A stretch of 64,000 nucleotides of DNA from an uncultured delta proteobacterium (GTDB taxonomy: Bacteria > Desulfobacterota > WTBG01 > CAIYCZ01 > CAIRTM01). The stretch is taken from the NCBI GenBank assembly GCA_963804955.1, contig CAWDSQ010000001.1, forward strand, positions 96,001-160,000. The letters run 5' to 3'. The notes beneath the pieces are model-generated. The model was not told the DNA's origin, did no database searches, and worked only from the letters and a program-made list of their open reading frames with translations. The position numbers were made by a program, and so were the translations under genes. Positions within the stretch are counted from its first letter, which is position 1. The number at the start of each line of letters is the position of its first letter. This document shows, in pieces, positions 20,698 to 31,737 of the stretch.

Positions 20698-21222
20698 ATG
20701 AAGACATTCGGCGGAAAAGTACTGTTTCTTGACCGGGCTGATATAAATACCGATGAAATAATTCCGGCAAAATATTTGACCGAAATCACCAAGGAAGCGA
20801 TGAAGCCCAATCTGCTTGAAGATTTGAAGCTTGCGGGTTTTGACCGCCGGCGCGACATTGCGGGCAAGCGGGTCGTTGTAACGCGGGAGAATTTCGGCTG
20901 CGGCTCCTCCCGTGAGCATGCGCCCTGGGCTTTCGAGGTGAATGACATCACCGCCGTCATCGCCCCGAGCTTTGCCCGCATTTTCCGGCAAAACATGTAC
21001 AATTGCGGCATGCTCGCCCTTGAACTGCCGGCAGCAACCATAGAGCATCTGTTTGAAGCCTATGCGGGCAAAGAAACTGCCATGGCCATCGATGTTGCAG
21101 CCGGCGCCATTCGCGTGGAGGCCGCAGGCAGCAGCGAGACCATATCTTTTTCTCTGCAGGGGTTTGATGCCGCCCTGGTGCAGGCCGGCGGCTGGGTGGA
21201 CTATGCAGACAGCAAGTACTGA
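20698..21222 (+). CDS. leuD: 3-isopropylmalate dehydratase small subunit
   Basis: DINTDEIIPA, NFGCGSSREHA, SFARIFRQN. Confidence 0.92.
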   Translation: MKTFGGKVLFLDRADINTDEIIPAKYLTEITKEAMKPNLLEDLKLAGFDRRRDIAGKRVVVTRENFGCGSSREHAPWAFEVNDITAVIAPSFARIFRQNMYNCGMLALELPAATIEHLFEAYAGKETAMAIDVAAGAIRVEAAGSSETISFSLQGFDAALVQAGGWVDYADSKY

Positions 21223-21295
21223 TGCGGAAGGCTAACTGCTTTTGTTTCGCGACAGTGGAGCCGACATGCCGGCGCCGTGAAACAAAATACCGTGT

Positions 21296-21340
21296 AAAGA
21301 AGAACAGGGGCTGCCCGCTGGCAGCCCCTGTTCTTCTTTT
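21296..21340. terminator. Bidirectional terminator
   Basis: Perfect 20-bp stem AAAGAAGAACAGGGGCTGCC/GGCAGCCCCTGTTCTTCTTT between convergent leuD and hsp20. Confidence 0.9.
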
Positions 21341-21355
21341 TAGGCCGGTTAAAGG

Positions 21356-21775
21356 TTATTCAACCTTTATTTCTATGGCCTTAGGCTCTTTTGCCGCCGG
21401 AGCCGGAATGCTCAGTTCCAGGACTCCGTCCGTGTATTTTGCATGTATGTCTTTTTCGGTAACTCCCTCGGGAACCCTTAAGCTCCGCTCAAAACTGCCG
21501 AAAGTCCGCTCGACTCTGTGATAGCCGTCTTTTTTCTCCTCATGTTCATCACGGCGCTCGCCTCGCAGGGTCAGCACGCTGTTGCGCAGCTCAATGTGAA
21601 TGTCGTCTTTCTTGAGTCCGGGCAGATCGGCTTTAACCAGATATGTTCCGTCTTTCTCCTTCACATCAATTGCCGGAGTCCAAACCCTATCTGCGTCAGC
21701 AGAAAAAAAATCATCGTCGAACAGGCGTAAAAGTCCCTCGAAAGGGGTCCTTGTTTTCCATAGTGTGATTGCCAT
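21356..21775 (-). CDS. Small heat-shock protein (Hsp20)
   Basis: PAIDVKE, ADLPG, ERTFGSFERS, AKYTDGVLEL; AAGGAGG SD. Confidence 0.95.
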   Translation of the reverse strand: MAITLWKTRTPFEGLLRLFDDDFFSADADRVWTPAIDVKEKDGTYLVKADLPGLKKDDIHIELRNSVLTLRGERRDEHEEKKDGYHRVERTFGSFERSLRVPEGVTEKDIHAKYTDGVLELSIPAPAAKEPKAIEIKVE

Positions 21776-22164
21776 AATAAACACCTCCTTTGATCCTTGA
21801 GGTTTATCTTACTGCATCCGCTAAAAATATAAGCATTTGCGCACCGCGGTCAAGTGAATACCGGTCAAAAATTTTTATGATAGCACGTGCTCAAAAAAAG
21901 GCGATCTGAGAGGACTCTCATTCAATACCCTGGTGGGGCAGGAGGATGGCGACACAGCTCTTTGCGGGAATGCACCGTCAGGGAGGCATCACAATAAAAA
22001 GGCCCCCCTTTTATGCTCTTACTCAGGGATATCCTTGAGTATACAGGTAAAAATATAAGAATAAATGAATTGCACATTATATATATTGCAGGATATTATT
22101 TCGCCGTCGGACAGCCAGGATAGACTGGTACAGTTAGAACCCATGACGCAGAGGAGAAGAGAAT

Positions 22165-22752
22165 ATGAAAAAAACATCAGGAGCTTTTTTATCTGTGCTA
22201 AGCTTGATCATGTTTATACTGCTGGCTGCCTCCCCGCAATCCGGCTATGCTGCCGGGCAGGATACCCCCACTATTGCCCAGGCGGGCACACAGGAGACCA
22301 CCCCGCCGGCTACCGCCGAAAAACAGGAGCAGGTTGGCAAAAGCGATAAAGAAAGAACCAAACACCCGATTCTCATGTATCTCCCGAACAGGATTTTCGA
22401 CCTGATGGATATATTCCGCGTCCGTGTCAGGGTCGGGCCCGGCATATCTGCCGGCGTACGGGCAACCAGGCCGGTTTCGGCTTTTGTGGGCTTTCACAGT
22501 TCTGTGTTTGCAGGGCTTCCCGGGCCGCGCGGCACGGCTGAAATCCCCTGGCCGGCGGGGATTGAAAACCGCGGCGGCGCGCAGGTCAGCGTAGTTGATC
22601 TGTCAACGAAAGAAACGTATTATGATCCGCTTGAAATCGGCCTTGAAGCCCACCCGCTTATAGTGGGCTTTAATATCGGCATCGGCGTTTTTGAAGTGCT
22701 TGATTTTGCGACAGGCTTTTTGTTTATAGACCTGCAGAGAGATGATTTTTAG
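22165..22752 (+). CDS. Hypothetical exported/membrane protein
   Basis: Signal peptide; YLPNRIFDLMDIFR...DF conserved-looking domain; GAGGAG SD. Confidence 0.7.
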   Translation: MKKTSGAFLSVLSLIMFILLAASPQSGYAAGQDTPTIAQAGTQETTPPATAEKQEQVGKSDKERTKHPILMYLPNRIFDLMDIFRVRVRVGPGISAGVRATRPVSAFVGFHSSVFAGLPGPRGTAEIPWPAGIENRGGAQVSVVDLSTKETYYDPLEIGLEAHPLIVGFNIGIGVFEVLDFATGFLFIDLQRDDF

Positions 22753-22894
22753 CCAGTGGATTTGTTGGGTTCTTCGCCGCGGCGGATTAACACAACCTGT
22801 AAAAAATGACTTTTCGTTCAGGTGCCGCTTAAAACGCCAGAGGGAAATTATAAGAATAAAGCCTGTAAGAATCTAATACCCGAGACATAGGTCA

Positions 22895-24778
22895 ATGATG
22901 CCTAAAATAAAGACGCTGACAGCTGTTGGCCTGGTGCTGGTATGGGCCCTGGCTGTGTCCGGCTGCGCGACCCCCGTAGGGGTGAGAAATATCACACCCC
23001 GCACGGCCTATCAGGATACGTTTGAAAACTCTTTGAGCGATGGGGCTTTCAGCGATAATACGAAGATTGTCCTGGATCGCTTCGACCTGCAGCAAACATT
23101 CAAAAAAAATCCCGCTGCTGTTATCGAAACACTTCATAAAAAAGCGCTCAGCGACGGCCGCAGGGATATGCTCTATGCCCTGGCAGAGCTTTGCTATGAG
23201 CATGGCGAACAGCTGCACAAAAGTTTTTTTTCGAGCACCAGCAAGAGCGCTTCCGACTATTTCCTGCTTTCGGCTGTCTATGCCTATCTCTATATACTGG
23301 CCGACATGCGGGAGCCTCCTCCCTCTGCCTTTGATCAGAGGTTTCGCGCAGCATGCGATCTGTATAATTTTTCCTTATGGCGGGCACTGTCAACCGGCAA
23401 TGGCGGCAGGCTGGTTTTGCAGGAAGGGCCACGCAAACTTCCTGTCGGCGGCATTTCCATTGCCCTTAAACGGGCACAGTTCCCCTGGGCCCTGGAGGAT
23501 TTTGAAGAGTTTCTGCCTGCGTATAAATATGCCGTGCGCGGCATTACCGTGCGCAACCGGACCCGGGGGATGGGGCTTCCGCTGATAGGTCTTAAAAAAC
23601 AGGCGGAAGATGGCCTGTCTGCCTACCAGCCGGTACCTGTTACCGCATTTCTTGATATACAGGGAGGCCTTGCGGAGCTGACCGACGGCAGCGCCGCTGC
23701 TTCACTTAAGCTTTACTCGGCCTATGATGATGCCGAGGTGTTTGTAGACAATCGGGTGGTTCCCCTTGAAACCGATACCACAACCCCGACCGCCTACCAG
23801 CTCGAACATGAATCCATTCTCTGGGACTACGGGCTCAAGTCTTTTCTTGGCAAGCTCGCGGCAGTTCCCAATAAACTGCATCTCATGCAGCCATACCAGC
23901 CCGGCAGAATACCCGTCGTCTTTGTCCATGGCACCATGAGCAGCCCGGTGTGGTGGACGGAGATGTGGAATACCCTGCGGGCCGATCCGGAGCTGCGCCG
24001 GACGTATCAGTTCTGGTTCTTTATGTATAACAGCAATGCGCTGGTCACGCTGTCGGCTGCTGATCTGCGGGACAAGTTGCGCAGCCAGGTCGCCCAGCTT
24101 GATCCGGAGGGAAAAGATCCGGCGCTCAGCAGATGGTCGTGGTCGGTCACAGCCAGGGAGGTCTTCTGGCAAATCTCACGGCTGTTACTACCGGAGACCG
24201 CCTTGTGCGGTCCCTGACCGATAAGGATATCGATTCCCTGGACATTTCGGATGAGCATGAAAGCCCTGATGCGCCGCGCCCTGATTGTCGAGCCGCTGCC
24301 GTTTGTGAAGCGCGTGGTGTTTATCTCGACGCCCCACCGGGGAAGTTTCCGGAGCAGCAGATGGATACGAAAAATAGCCCAAAAAATAATCAGCCTGCCG
24401 TCAACTATTGTCACCTTCCCCCTGAGCGCATACACATTTCTCAGGGATGATGTTAAAAACCTGTTCGGTGACAGGCTTCCCGTCACGAGCCTTGACAGCA
24501 TGTCGCCCGCCAATCCGGTCATGAAGACTCTGGCCGATATTCCCTTGGCGCCGGGGGTAAAAGGCAATTCGATCATAGCGGTGCAAAATCCCGATGACCC
24601 TAAGGAGCAGTGGAATGACGGCGTTGTCCAGTACTCAAGCGCGCATATCGAAGGCATGGAATCGGAATTCATCGTCCATGCCGGCCATTCCTGCCAGGGG
24701 CACCCGCTTACCATCGAGGAGGTGCGCAGGATACTGATTGAACATGCTGTCTCTATAGGGGCAATTCCAAATCCCTGA
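22895..24778 (+). CDS. Alpha/beta-hydrolase (esterase/lipase-like) lipoprotein (frameshifts near 24130, 24255)
   Basis: Lipobox VSGC; PVVFVHG; GHSQGG nucleophile elbow; STPHRGS; DGVV..SSAH. Confidence 0.85.
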
Positions 24779-24911
24779 AGTGAAATTAAAAAATGTGCTA
24801 TATATTTTATATTCGTATTGATGTGCAGCTGGGATAAAAATGTACAGAGAAGTCGGCAGGGATGCCTTTAAGATCATCTTTATAACCCATTAATCCAAGG
24901 AGGTCAGAGCT

Positions 24912-25601
24912 ATGAGGATACAAAGCAAACGGATGTTACAGGTACTGACAGGTTTGTGTGTGCTCATGCTTTTTGGGGCCTGCGCGACGATGCAGGCCCG
25001 CAGCACGAAAACAACGGGGTTTCTGGGCGACTATTCGCAGCTTAAAGCGGGCGGCGAGGGCAAGGCGCTGCTTGTGTATATCGACCCGGCCGCCGATATC
25101 AAATCCTATACCCGCATTCTCATGGATCCTGTCAAGCTGTATGCCTCACAGGAGAACAGCATGGAGAATGTTCCCCTGGACGAACGCAAAAAGCTCCTGA
25201 ATTATGCTGATGCGGCTATTCGCGCAAAGCTTGCCAAAGAGTATGTTTTCGTGCGCGAGCCGGGCCCCGGGGTCATGCGCCTGCGCGTTGCCCTTACCGA
25301 GGCAGAAGATGCCAATGTTACCATGGATACCATATCGACGGTTTTGCCCATAGGCCTTGCTCTTGCCGGCCTGCAGACCGTTGCAACGGGATCAAGTTCC
25401 TTTGTCGGCTCCGCTGGGGTGGAAGCCGAGCTGCTGGACAGTCAGACCGGCAAGCGCCTTATGGCGGCGGTTGACCGCCGGGTGGGCGGCAAAATGACCG
25501 GACAGGGCGACAAGTTTGACGAATGGCGCACGGTGAAGAATGCTATCGACTACTGGGCCGAGCGGCTGCAGACCCGCCTTGCCGAACAGCGGGCGCAATA
25601 A
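24912..25601 (+). CDS. DUF3313-family lipoprotein (copy 1)
   Basis: Lipobox FGAC; GFLGDYSQL; DSQTGKRL.AAVDRR. Confidence 0.85.
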   Translation: MRIQSKRMLQVLTGLCVLMLFGACATMQARSTKTTGFLGDYSQLKAGGEGKALLVYIDPAADIKSYTRILMDPVKLYASQENSMENVPLDERKKLLNYADAAIRAKLAKEYVFVREPGPGVMRLRVALTEAEDANVTMDTISTVLPIGLALAGLQTVATGSSSFVGSAGVEAELLDSQTGKRLMAAVDRRVGGKMTGQGDKFDEWRTVKNAIDYWAERLQTRLAEQRAQ

Positions 25602-25736
25602 AAGTTCACCGGAGTGAGTGAGGCATAACAGGGCTTAGACCGGAACCGTAACCCCGGCAGGTGTTTGTGCATGCTCTCAGGTGAAGGCTTCTCAACAGAA
25701 GCGAACCATTTCAATTTTTCGACAAAAGGAGGAAGT

Positions 25737-25991
25737 ATGGCGGACAAAGGCGTTTTATCGGTTTATTACACCAACGGCAAAGTTCAGTGGTTTGAGTTCA
25801 CGCGTGCCGAGGATACGACAAATATCGGAAGCCGCATTCAGGAAATCATGAAAAGCAAGCAGCTTCTTCTCGACCTGGAAGACAAAACACTTATCATTCC
25901 CTTTGCCAGCATTCAGCACATTGAAATATCGCCCCCGATGCAGAAGCTGCCCCTGACAGCCATCAAAAATATTCGCCAGATTCAGGAGTAG
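25737..25991 (+). CDS. Small hypothetical protein
   Basis: AGGAGG SD before ATG 25737; IIPFASIQHIEISP. Confidence 0.7.
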   Translation: MADKGVLSVYYTNGKVQWFEFTRAEDTTNIGSRIQEIMKSKQLLLDLEDKTLIIPFASIQHIEISPPMQKLPLTAIKNIRQIQE

Positions 25992-26117
25992 CCTTTTCGG
26001 TTCATTGGCGGGCTGCATTGCATGGGCTGAAAAATTTTACCGGAATCCTGCCTTGAAAGTCCTGTTTTGTAAGAGGGGAGCAGCACTCATAATTTTTAGC
26101 GATAAAGGAGAATACTT

Positions 26118-27137
26118 GTGCAGTTGGCGATGATTGGTCTCGGAAGGATGGGCGGAGCCATGGCCCGCCGGCTGATGCGCGCAGGCCACGAAGTCCTGGT
26201 GTATTCCGCCACAGCCAAAACACGGGAAACCTTTGCCCGCGAGACCGGGGCGCGAGCGGCATCTTCCATCCGGGAACTGATGGCACTGCTGAAGCCGCCA
26301 CGAATTGTCTGGCTCATGGTGCCGGCGGCCGTGGTCGATTCGACACTGAGCGAGCTGGCAGGCTTTGTTGAAAAGGACGATATCATCGTCGACGGAGGCA
26401 ATTCAGCCTATGTTGACGATATCAGGCGGGCAAGCGAGCTTGCAGCCCGTGGTGTGCACTATGTCGATTGCGGCACCAGCGGCGGCGTCTGGGGCTTGGA
26501 GCGGGGATACTGCCTGATGATCGGCGGTGAAGACGCGGCAGTCAGGCGGCTTGACCCCATCTTTTCGGCGCTCGCGCCCGGCGCGGGCTCCATATCGCGC
26601 ACAGCGGGCCGTGGATGCGCAGGCTCTACGGCCGAGCAGGGCTATCTGCACTGCGGGCCCAGCGGCGCAGGCCACTTCGTGAAGATGGTTCACAACGGCA
26701 TCGAGTACGGCATCATGGCAGCCTATGCCGAGGGTCTCAATATACTGCATCATGCCGATGCGGGAATGAAACCGCAGCCGACTGACGCCGAGACAGCCCC
26801 GCTGCGCAATCCTGAACAGTACCGGTATGCATTCAATACAGCCGACATCGCCGAGCTCTGGCGGCGCGGCAGCGTTATCTCCTCGTGGCTTCTGGACCTG
26901 ACAGCCGCTGCCCTGCTGGAAGATCCCGGCCTTGCTGATTTTGCGGGCCGTGTATCTGATTCCGGCGAAGGCCGCTGGACTATCAAGGCCGCCATTGATG
27001 AGGCAGTGCCCGCCCCGGTGCTCACGGCGGCTCTGTATGCGCGCTTCAGCTCCCGCGGCGAGGCGGATTTTGCCGACAGGCTTCTGTCTGCCATGCGCTA
27101 TAAATTCGGCGGCCATCTTGAAAAGCCGAAAAAATGA
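26118..27137 (+). CDS. gnd: 6-phosphogluconate dehydrogenase, decarboxylating (short form)
   Basis: IGLGRMG, DGGNS, DCGTSGG, GHFVKMVHNGIEYG, DSGEGRW, FGGH. Confidence 0.95.
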   Translation: MQLAMIGLGRMGGAMARRLMRAGHEVLVYSATAKTRETFARETGARAASSIRELMALLKPPRIVWLMVPAAVVDSTLSELAGFVEKDDIIVDGGNSAYVDDIRRASELAARGVHYVDCGTSGGVWGLERGYCLMIGGEDAAVRRLDPIFSALAPGAGSISRTAGRGCAGSTAEQGYLHCGPSGAGHFVKMVHNGIEYGIMAAYAEGLNILHHADAGMKPQPTDAETAPLRNPEQYRYAFNTADIAELWRRGSVISSWLLDLTAAALLEDPGLADFAGRVSDSGEGRWTIKAAIDEAVPAPVLTAALYARFSSRGEADFADRLLSAMRYKFGGHLEKPKK

Positions 27138-27278
27138 GGAGGCAGGGGCTTACTGCCCGGCGCATTACCCTGACAGTGCGCCTACTGTAAGCAAGGCAGG
27201 AAAGGGCGGCTTTGGACAGGAAGTTGTCCGCTCACCGGAGGGAGATACTTCAGGCAGTGAAAGGAACAGCAGGCTTGT

Positions 27279-27965
27279 ATGGAGATTAAACTGCTGGCCG
27301 ATGCCGGTGCGGCAGCGCTGGCAGCCGCCGGGCTTATCGCCGCAGATGCGCGGGCAGCCGTGGCCGCACGAGGGAGCTTCATTGCGGCCTTCAGCGGCGG
27401 GCATACGCCGCGGGCCATGCTGCGGGCCCTGGCAGATGAACATATCCCCTGGGATTGCGTGCATATCGTGCAGGTGGATGAACGCGTGGCGCCTGCGGAA
27501 GATCCGGATCGAAACCTCACGGGCTTGCGCGAATGCCTTCTTGAGCATGCCCCGCTGAGGCCGGAGCAGCTCTATGCCATGCCGGTTGAAGACCCTGACC
27601 TTGATGCAGCCGCTGCAGCCTATGCCGCTACCCTCAGCAGCATCGCCGGATCGCCGCCGGTGCTCGACCTTGTTCATCTGGGCCTGGGGACCGACGGGCA
27701 CACCGCATCGCTGGTTCCCGGAGACCCGGTCCTTCTTGTCGCCGACGCCGACGTCGCTCTGACCGGAGTATATCAGCAGCACCGCCGCATGACCCTGACC
27801 TACCCCATGCTCAATCGCTCCAGACGCATTTTGTGGCTCGTGACCGGGGCTGAAAAGTCAGGCATGCTGGGGCGCCTGCGCGACGGAGACGCATCGATTC
27901 CGGCGGGGTTGGTGAGCCGCGACCGTGCAATTGTGTTTGCCGATCAGGCGGCGGATTTTCTGTGA
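27279..27965 (+). CDS. pgl: 6-phosphogluconolactonase
   Basis: SGGHTP, VDER, LGLGTDGHTASL, RMTLT. Confidence 0.93.
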   Translation: MEIKLLADAGAAALAAAGLIAADARAAVAARGSFIAAFSGGHTPRAMLRALADEHIPWDCVHIVQVDERVAPAEDPDRNLTGLRECLLEHAPLRPEQLYAMPVEDPDLDAAAAAYAATLSSIAGSPPVLDLVHLGLGTDGHTASLVPGDPVLLVADADVALTGVYQQHRRMTLTYPMLNRSRRILWLVTGAEKSGMLGRLRDGDASIPAGLVSRDRAIVFADQAADFL

Positions 27966-28024
27966 CGCATCAATGCCGGGCTGTTTGATTGCTGACGGAA
28001 ATGACATACAAGAACAGAGGAACT

Positions 28025-28744
28025 ATGAAGCACATCGAATCACCTGATCGGCAGAACACCACCCCTGAATGCGAAGCGAGAACTTCTGCTAAAGAAAGAG
28101 TCAGGCGCTACTCCGCCATCGAGTTTCTTATTGCGCTCGTACTGCTGATTGTATCCATGCCGCTGCTGGATACTATGCGGCATGGCGTTATGCTCCAAAC
28201 GGTACTGCTGACGGTCGTGATGCTTTCAGCGCTGGTGGTTGTAGGGGCAAACCGCAGAGTGCTGATACCGGCATGTATTCTGGCAGTTCCTGCAGTAGCC
28301 AGCAGATGGGTCAATTTTTATAGGCCCGATCTGCTGCATGCGGATATCCATCTGGCTGCAGCCATACTGTTTATTGGCTTTATTATTGTGCGGCTCCTCG
28401 GGTTTGTGCTCAGGGCGCCGAAAGTGAATGAAGAGGTTCTCAGCGCAGCGGTTTCCACCTATCTTTTGCTGGGTCTTCTCTGGATGTTTGCCTTCCTGCT
28501 TACGGCCAGCATTGATCCCGGCTCGTTTGCTTTCAGCTCAGGGCCTGCCGCCGAACGCGGTATAAGCGGCTTCAATGCTCTGTACTTCAGCTTCGTCACC
28601 CTCTGCACCGTCGGGTACGGTGACATCACGCCGGTGTCCCCCGTTGCGCGTATGCTGGCCTTTACCGAGGCCGTAGCGGGTCTGTTTTATATGGCCATGA
28701 TTGTCGCCCGTCTGGTGGCGCTGTATTCCTCGGAAAAACACTAG
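28025..28744 (+). CDS. Potassium channel family protein
   Basis: Multiple TMs; YFSFVTLCTVGYGD selectivity filter. Confidence 0.9.
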   Translation: MKHIESPDRQNTTPECEARTSAKERVRRYSAIEFLIALVLLIVSMPLLDTMRHGVMLQTVLLTVVMLSALVVVGANRRVLIPACILAVPAVASRWVNFYRPDLLHADIHLAAAILFIGFIIVRLLGFVLRAPKVNEEVLSAAVSTYLLLGLLWMFAFLLTASIDPGSFAFSSGPAAERGISGFNALYFSFVTLCTVGYGDITPVSPVARMLAFTEAVAGLFYMAMIVARLVALYSSEKH

Positions 28745-28854
28745 AGGGCGGGTTGTATTTTGAACTGAGGCTGTTTACAGAATACTTCCCGCGAGCTTGT
28801 GATCCCGCACTTTCAGTCAGCTATCAAGCCAACCCCCCTGCCTTGGCTGCGGGC

Positions 28855-30078
28855 TTAAATTTTTTGATGCTCCGGTGATGCAGGAGGAAGCGCTGCGATT
28901 TTGGCGGCATAGAGGTTAATGCCGGGCATGGCGCTCAGGCCGTGGGCAAAAATGCTCAGCAGCACCGTTGCCATAACGGCGATCCGTATGGTCTCCTCGC
29001 CGGGGTTGTGCAGCTCCTGCTCCAAATAGACCAGCCCCAGCACGATTGAGGCAAGGCCCCGGGGGCCGAACCAGCCCATGAACAACACTGTTGTCCGCGA
29101 AAGGCCCGTGCCCGCAAGCGCCAGCCAGACCGGCAGCATGCGCACTGCGGTGAGGCTCAGGGCGGCATACAGAAGTGCTGCAGGCGTAAACTGCGTCCAT
29201 GCACGTGCCACCAGGAGGCCGAAAAGAAAAAACACGGCAAGGTTGAACAGCTGGCCCCAATCTTCGGCAAACTCAACGCTGTGCCTGCCCGCCTCCTTAA
29301 ATCCAACCTGCACGGCAAGGCCTGCGATGAACGCGGCGATGAACATGCTGGCCCCGACGGCTTCCGAAGCCAGTATGCACAGCAGCGGCAGCGCTATGAC
29401 ACCGAGTTTCTGGAGCGGCCCCGCCATCCACTGCTTGCGATGCGCCAGCCCCAATAGCAGCCCTCCGGCAAGGCCGACGCCGATGCCGATGAGCGCCCCG
29501 TACCCGAGCTGCTCCATGATAAACCGGCCGAGCACCCCCTTCTGGCCTGCAGCCCCGGATTCAGCAAGGGCAATAAAGAACAGCATGAACGGAACGGACA
29601 GCCCGTCGTTCAAGCCGGCCTCCACATTAAGCGCCTGGCGGATGCGCATGGGCACGCGCGGGCTGTTGACGATGATCTGCCCAAGGCCCGCGTCCGTGGG
29701 GGCAAGAATGGCCCCGAGTATGCCCGCCTCCCAGATGGTAAGGTTCGGGAACACGCCCACGGCAGCAAGGGCTCCGAGCACGATGGTAAGAAGCATGCCC
29801 GTGCTTAAAAGCCGCAGGGGAAGGTTGCGGATGCTTTTTAAAATGGCGAGATCGGTTTTGCTGGCATCGGTGAAGAGCAGCAGCACCAGGCCGATTTCAG
29901 CCACCTGCAGCAGCAGCTTGAAATTATAGTCGCGGCCGCGCAGCTCCGGTATAAGCAGTAGCGCCACCCCGCCCGCAGCGGTGAAAAGAATGGGGGCTGT
30001 GATGACGGTGCGCTCAAGGCGCTTTGAAACAAGGCTGTATAAAAAGATAAGCGTACAGTAGATGGCAATGAGTGTCAT
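28855..30078 (-). CDS. CPA1 cation:proton antiporter
   Basis: LAPTDAGLG, EAGLNDG, GWFGPRGLASIV; highly hydrophobic. Confidence 0.92.
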   Translation of the reverse strand: MTLIAIYCTLIFLYSLVSKRLERTVITAPILFTAAGGVALLLIPELRGRDYNFKLLLQVAEIGLVLLLFTDASKTDLAILKSIRNLPLRLLSTGMLLTIVLGALAAVGVFPNLTIWEAGILGAILAPTDAGLGQIIVNSPRVPMRIRQALNVEAGLNDGLSVPFMLFFIALAESGAAGQKGVLGRFIMEQLGYGALIGIGVGLAGGLLLGLAHRKQWMAGPLQKLGVIALPLLCILASEAVGASMFIAAFIAGLAVQVGFKEAGRHSVEFAEDWGQLFNLAVFFLFGLLVARAWTQFTPAALLYAALSLTAVRMLPVWLALAGTGLSRTTVLFMGWFGPRGLASIVLGLVYLEQELHNPGEETIRIAVMATVLLSIFAHGLSAMPGINLYAAKIAALPPASPEHQKI

Positions 30079-30197
30079 GGATGATTGCGCCTCTCACGCA
30101 CAGGGTTCGGGATGGGCACACTATAAAGGGGTACTGCGGCTGTGTCAAATAGTAATGCAGCACAAGAAAAGCTCATTACAGCCGGGACCGATCAGCG

Positions 30198-31683
30198 TTA
30201 TTGATGTATCTGCGTATGCCCCACCGGCTGTCCCCCACAGCCGTTCTTCATAAGGCAGAGCAGTATTTCTTCATATACTGCCCAAATCTTTTTTCTGTCA
30301 TCTGCGTGATTGGCAAGAAAAGAAAAAACGGCCTCACCTTTTTCAGTCCCGGCAAAGCCGGATAATGTCAAAGCATCATCCAGTGTTCCTGATTTCGCGT
30401 GAATCCTGCCTGTTAATTCCGGCGCGCTGAATTTATCTTTTATCGTACCTGTCAGCCCTGAAACAGCCAGGGAATTTTTAAAGGCCTCACGGTTTTTATT
30501 TGTATTCATAAACCTGAGAAGCCGTGTAAGATTTGTGGCGCTGATTCTATTCTCCCGGCTGAGTCCGGTGCCGTCCGCGATACTGCCGCCATCGGGCAGA
30601 ATGCTGTTTTTCTTCAACAGGGCTTTACATGCGGCACGTGCGTTGTCATAGTTTGCCTTCCCGTACAGGCTATAGCCCAGATTCAAAAAAAGCAGTTCCG
30701 CCCGCAGATTATCACTGTCGGTAAACATCCGGTACACATACTCGGAAAGGGGTATCCCTTCCAGCTCGAAAAGCAGTTCTTCACGGGCTTCATTGCTTAA
30801 ATCATTACCGGTAATTGTAATGCCGCGCTGCAGCAAGTGCATGAACAATGTTTTTCCGGTAATAGTCTTCCGCCGATATCGTATCGATCCTCCAGTGATC
30901 CGTGCTGTCGGCAGCGGTATTGATGAGTATTTTATCGGTCGGCTTTCCATTCTCCGGAAATTTTTCCTGATGCCCTGTTTTTTTCCGGGCAAGCAGCTCA
31001 AAGTGAAACAGGGTTTCGGGAATGGTAGTTATTTTTGAATGTACAACCTGTATCTCGACGGCATTTTCATTGAATGTCACCGAACCGGCAGCCGGATACT
31101 GTATATTGTATTTCAGGTCACTCCAGGCGCTGCCGTCAACGACTACATTTCCCTCAATGCGGGTAATACCGGCGCTTTTTATTCTATTGGCGAATTCATC
31201 AAGCTGGTTACCCAGAATTTCTTTTTTTCTGTCAAAATCATCGGTATAGCGTGCCGTAAATTCAATTGCCCCGGTGCCGCGGACCACCAGGTTACCCCGC
31301 AACATGCCGTTTTCAACGCGCCCTTTTTTGTAAAAGCGCGTTTTAAACCGGTAGTCAGGGCCGAAATGCAAAAGACCGCAGGCGCCGGTCAGCAGTTTCT
31401 GATTTGATGCCGGAATAAGGCTTGCATTTTCATTGAATGAGAAAAGTTTTCCCCCTCCTGCATCCGTGATGGAAATGCCGAACTGCACATTGGAGAATTC
31501 TTTTTGCGCGAGAAGCGCTTCAATCTTTTGCTGCATGCCCGCCGTTTCGCCAAAGCAGGCAGACGAGAAGGCAAGCAGCAGGAAACAGGGAAGAAAATGC
31601 GTCAGTATGTGCCGTATCCCGCAATCCCCGCAATTGGTTTCAGGAAGAATGTTTTTATAAATATCAGGGCCGGTTAATGCCAT
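30198..31683 (-). CDS. dacB: D-Ala-D-Ala carboxypeptidase/endopeptidase (PBP4, S13) with unusual N-terminus; frameshift near 30835
   Basis: PASNQK (SxxK), SDN (SxN), DGTGLSR, AKSGTL (KTG-type). Confidence 0.85.
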
Positions 31684-31737
31684 AGTTCTCTTTTTTGCTT
31701 AAAGCGCACATGTCCGTTTGGAGATTCAGGTGCTGTC

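Noticed and set aside
22020..22041. HspR HAIR or CIRCE operator for hsp20
   Set aside because: Half-sites are in the opposite order to HAIR (CTTGAGT-N7-ACTCAAG), and no TTAGCACTC-N9-GAGTGCTAA is present.
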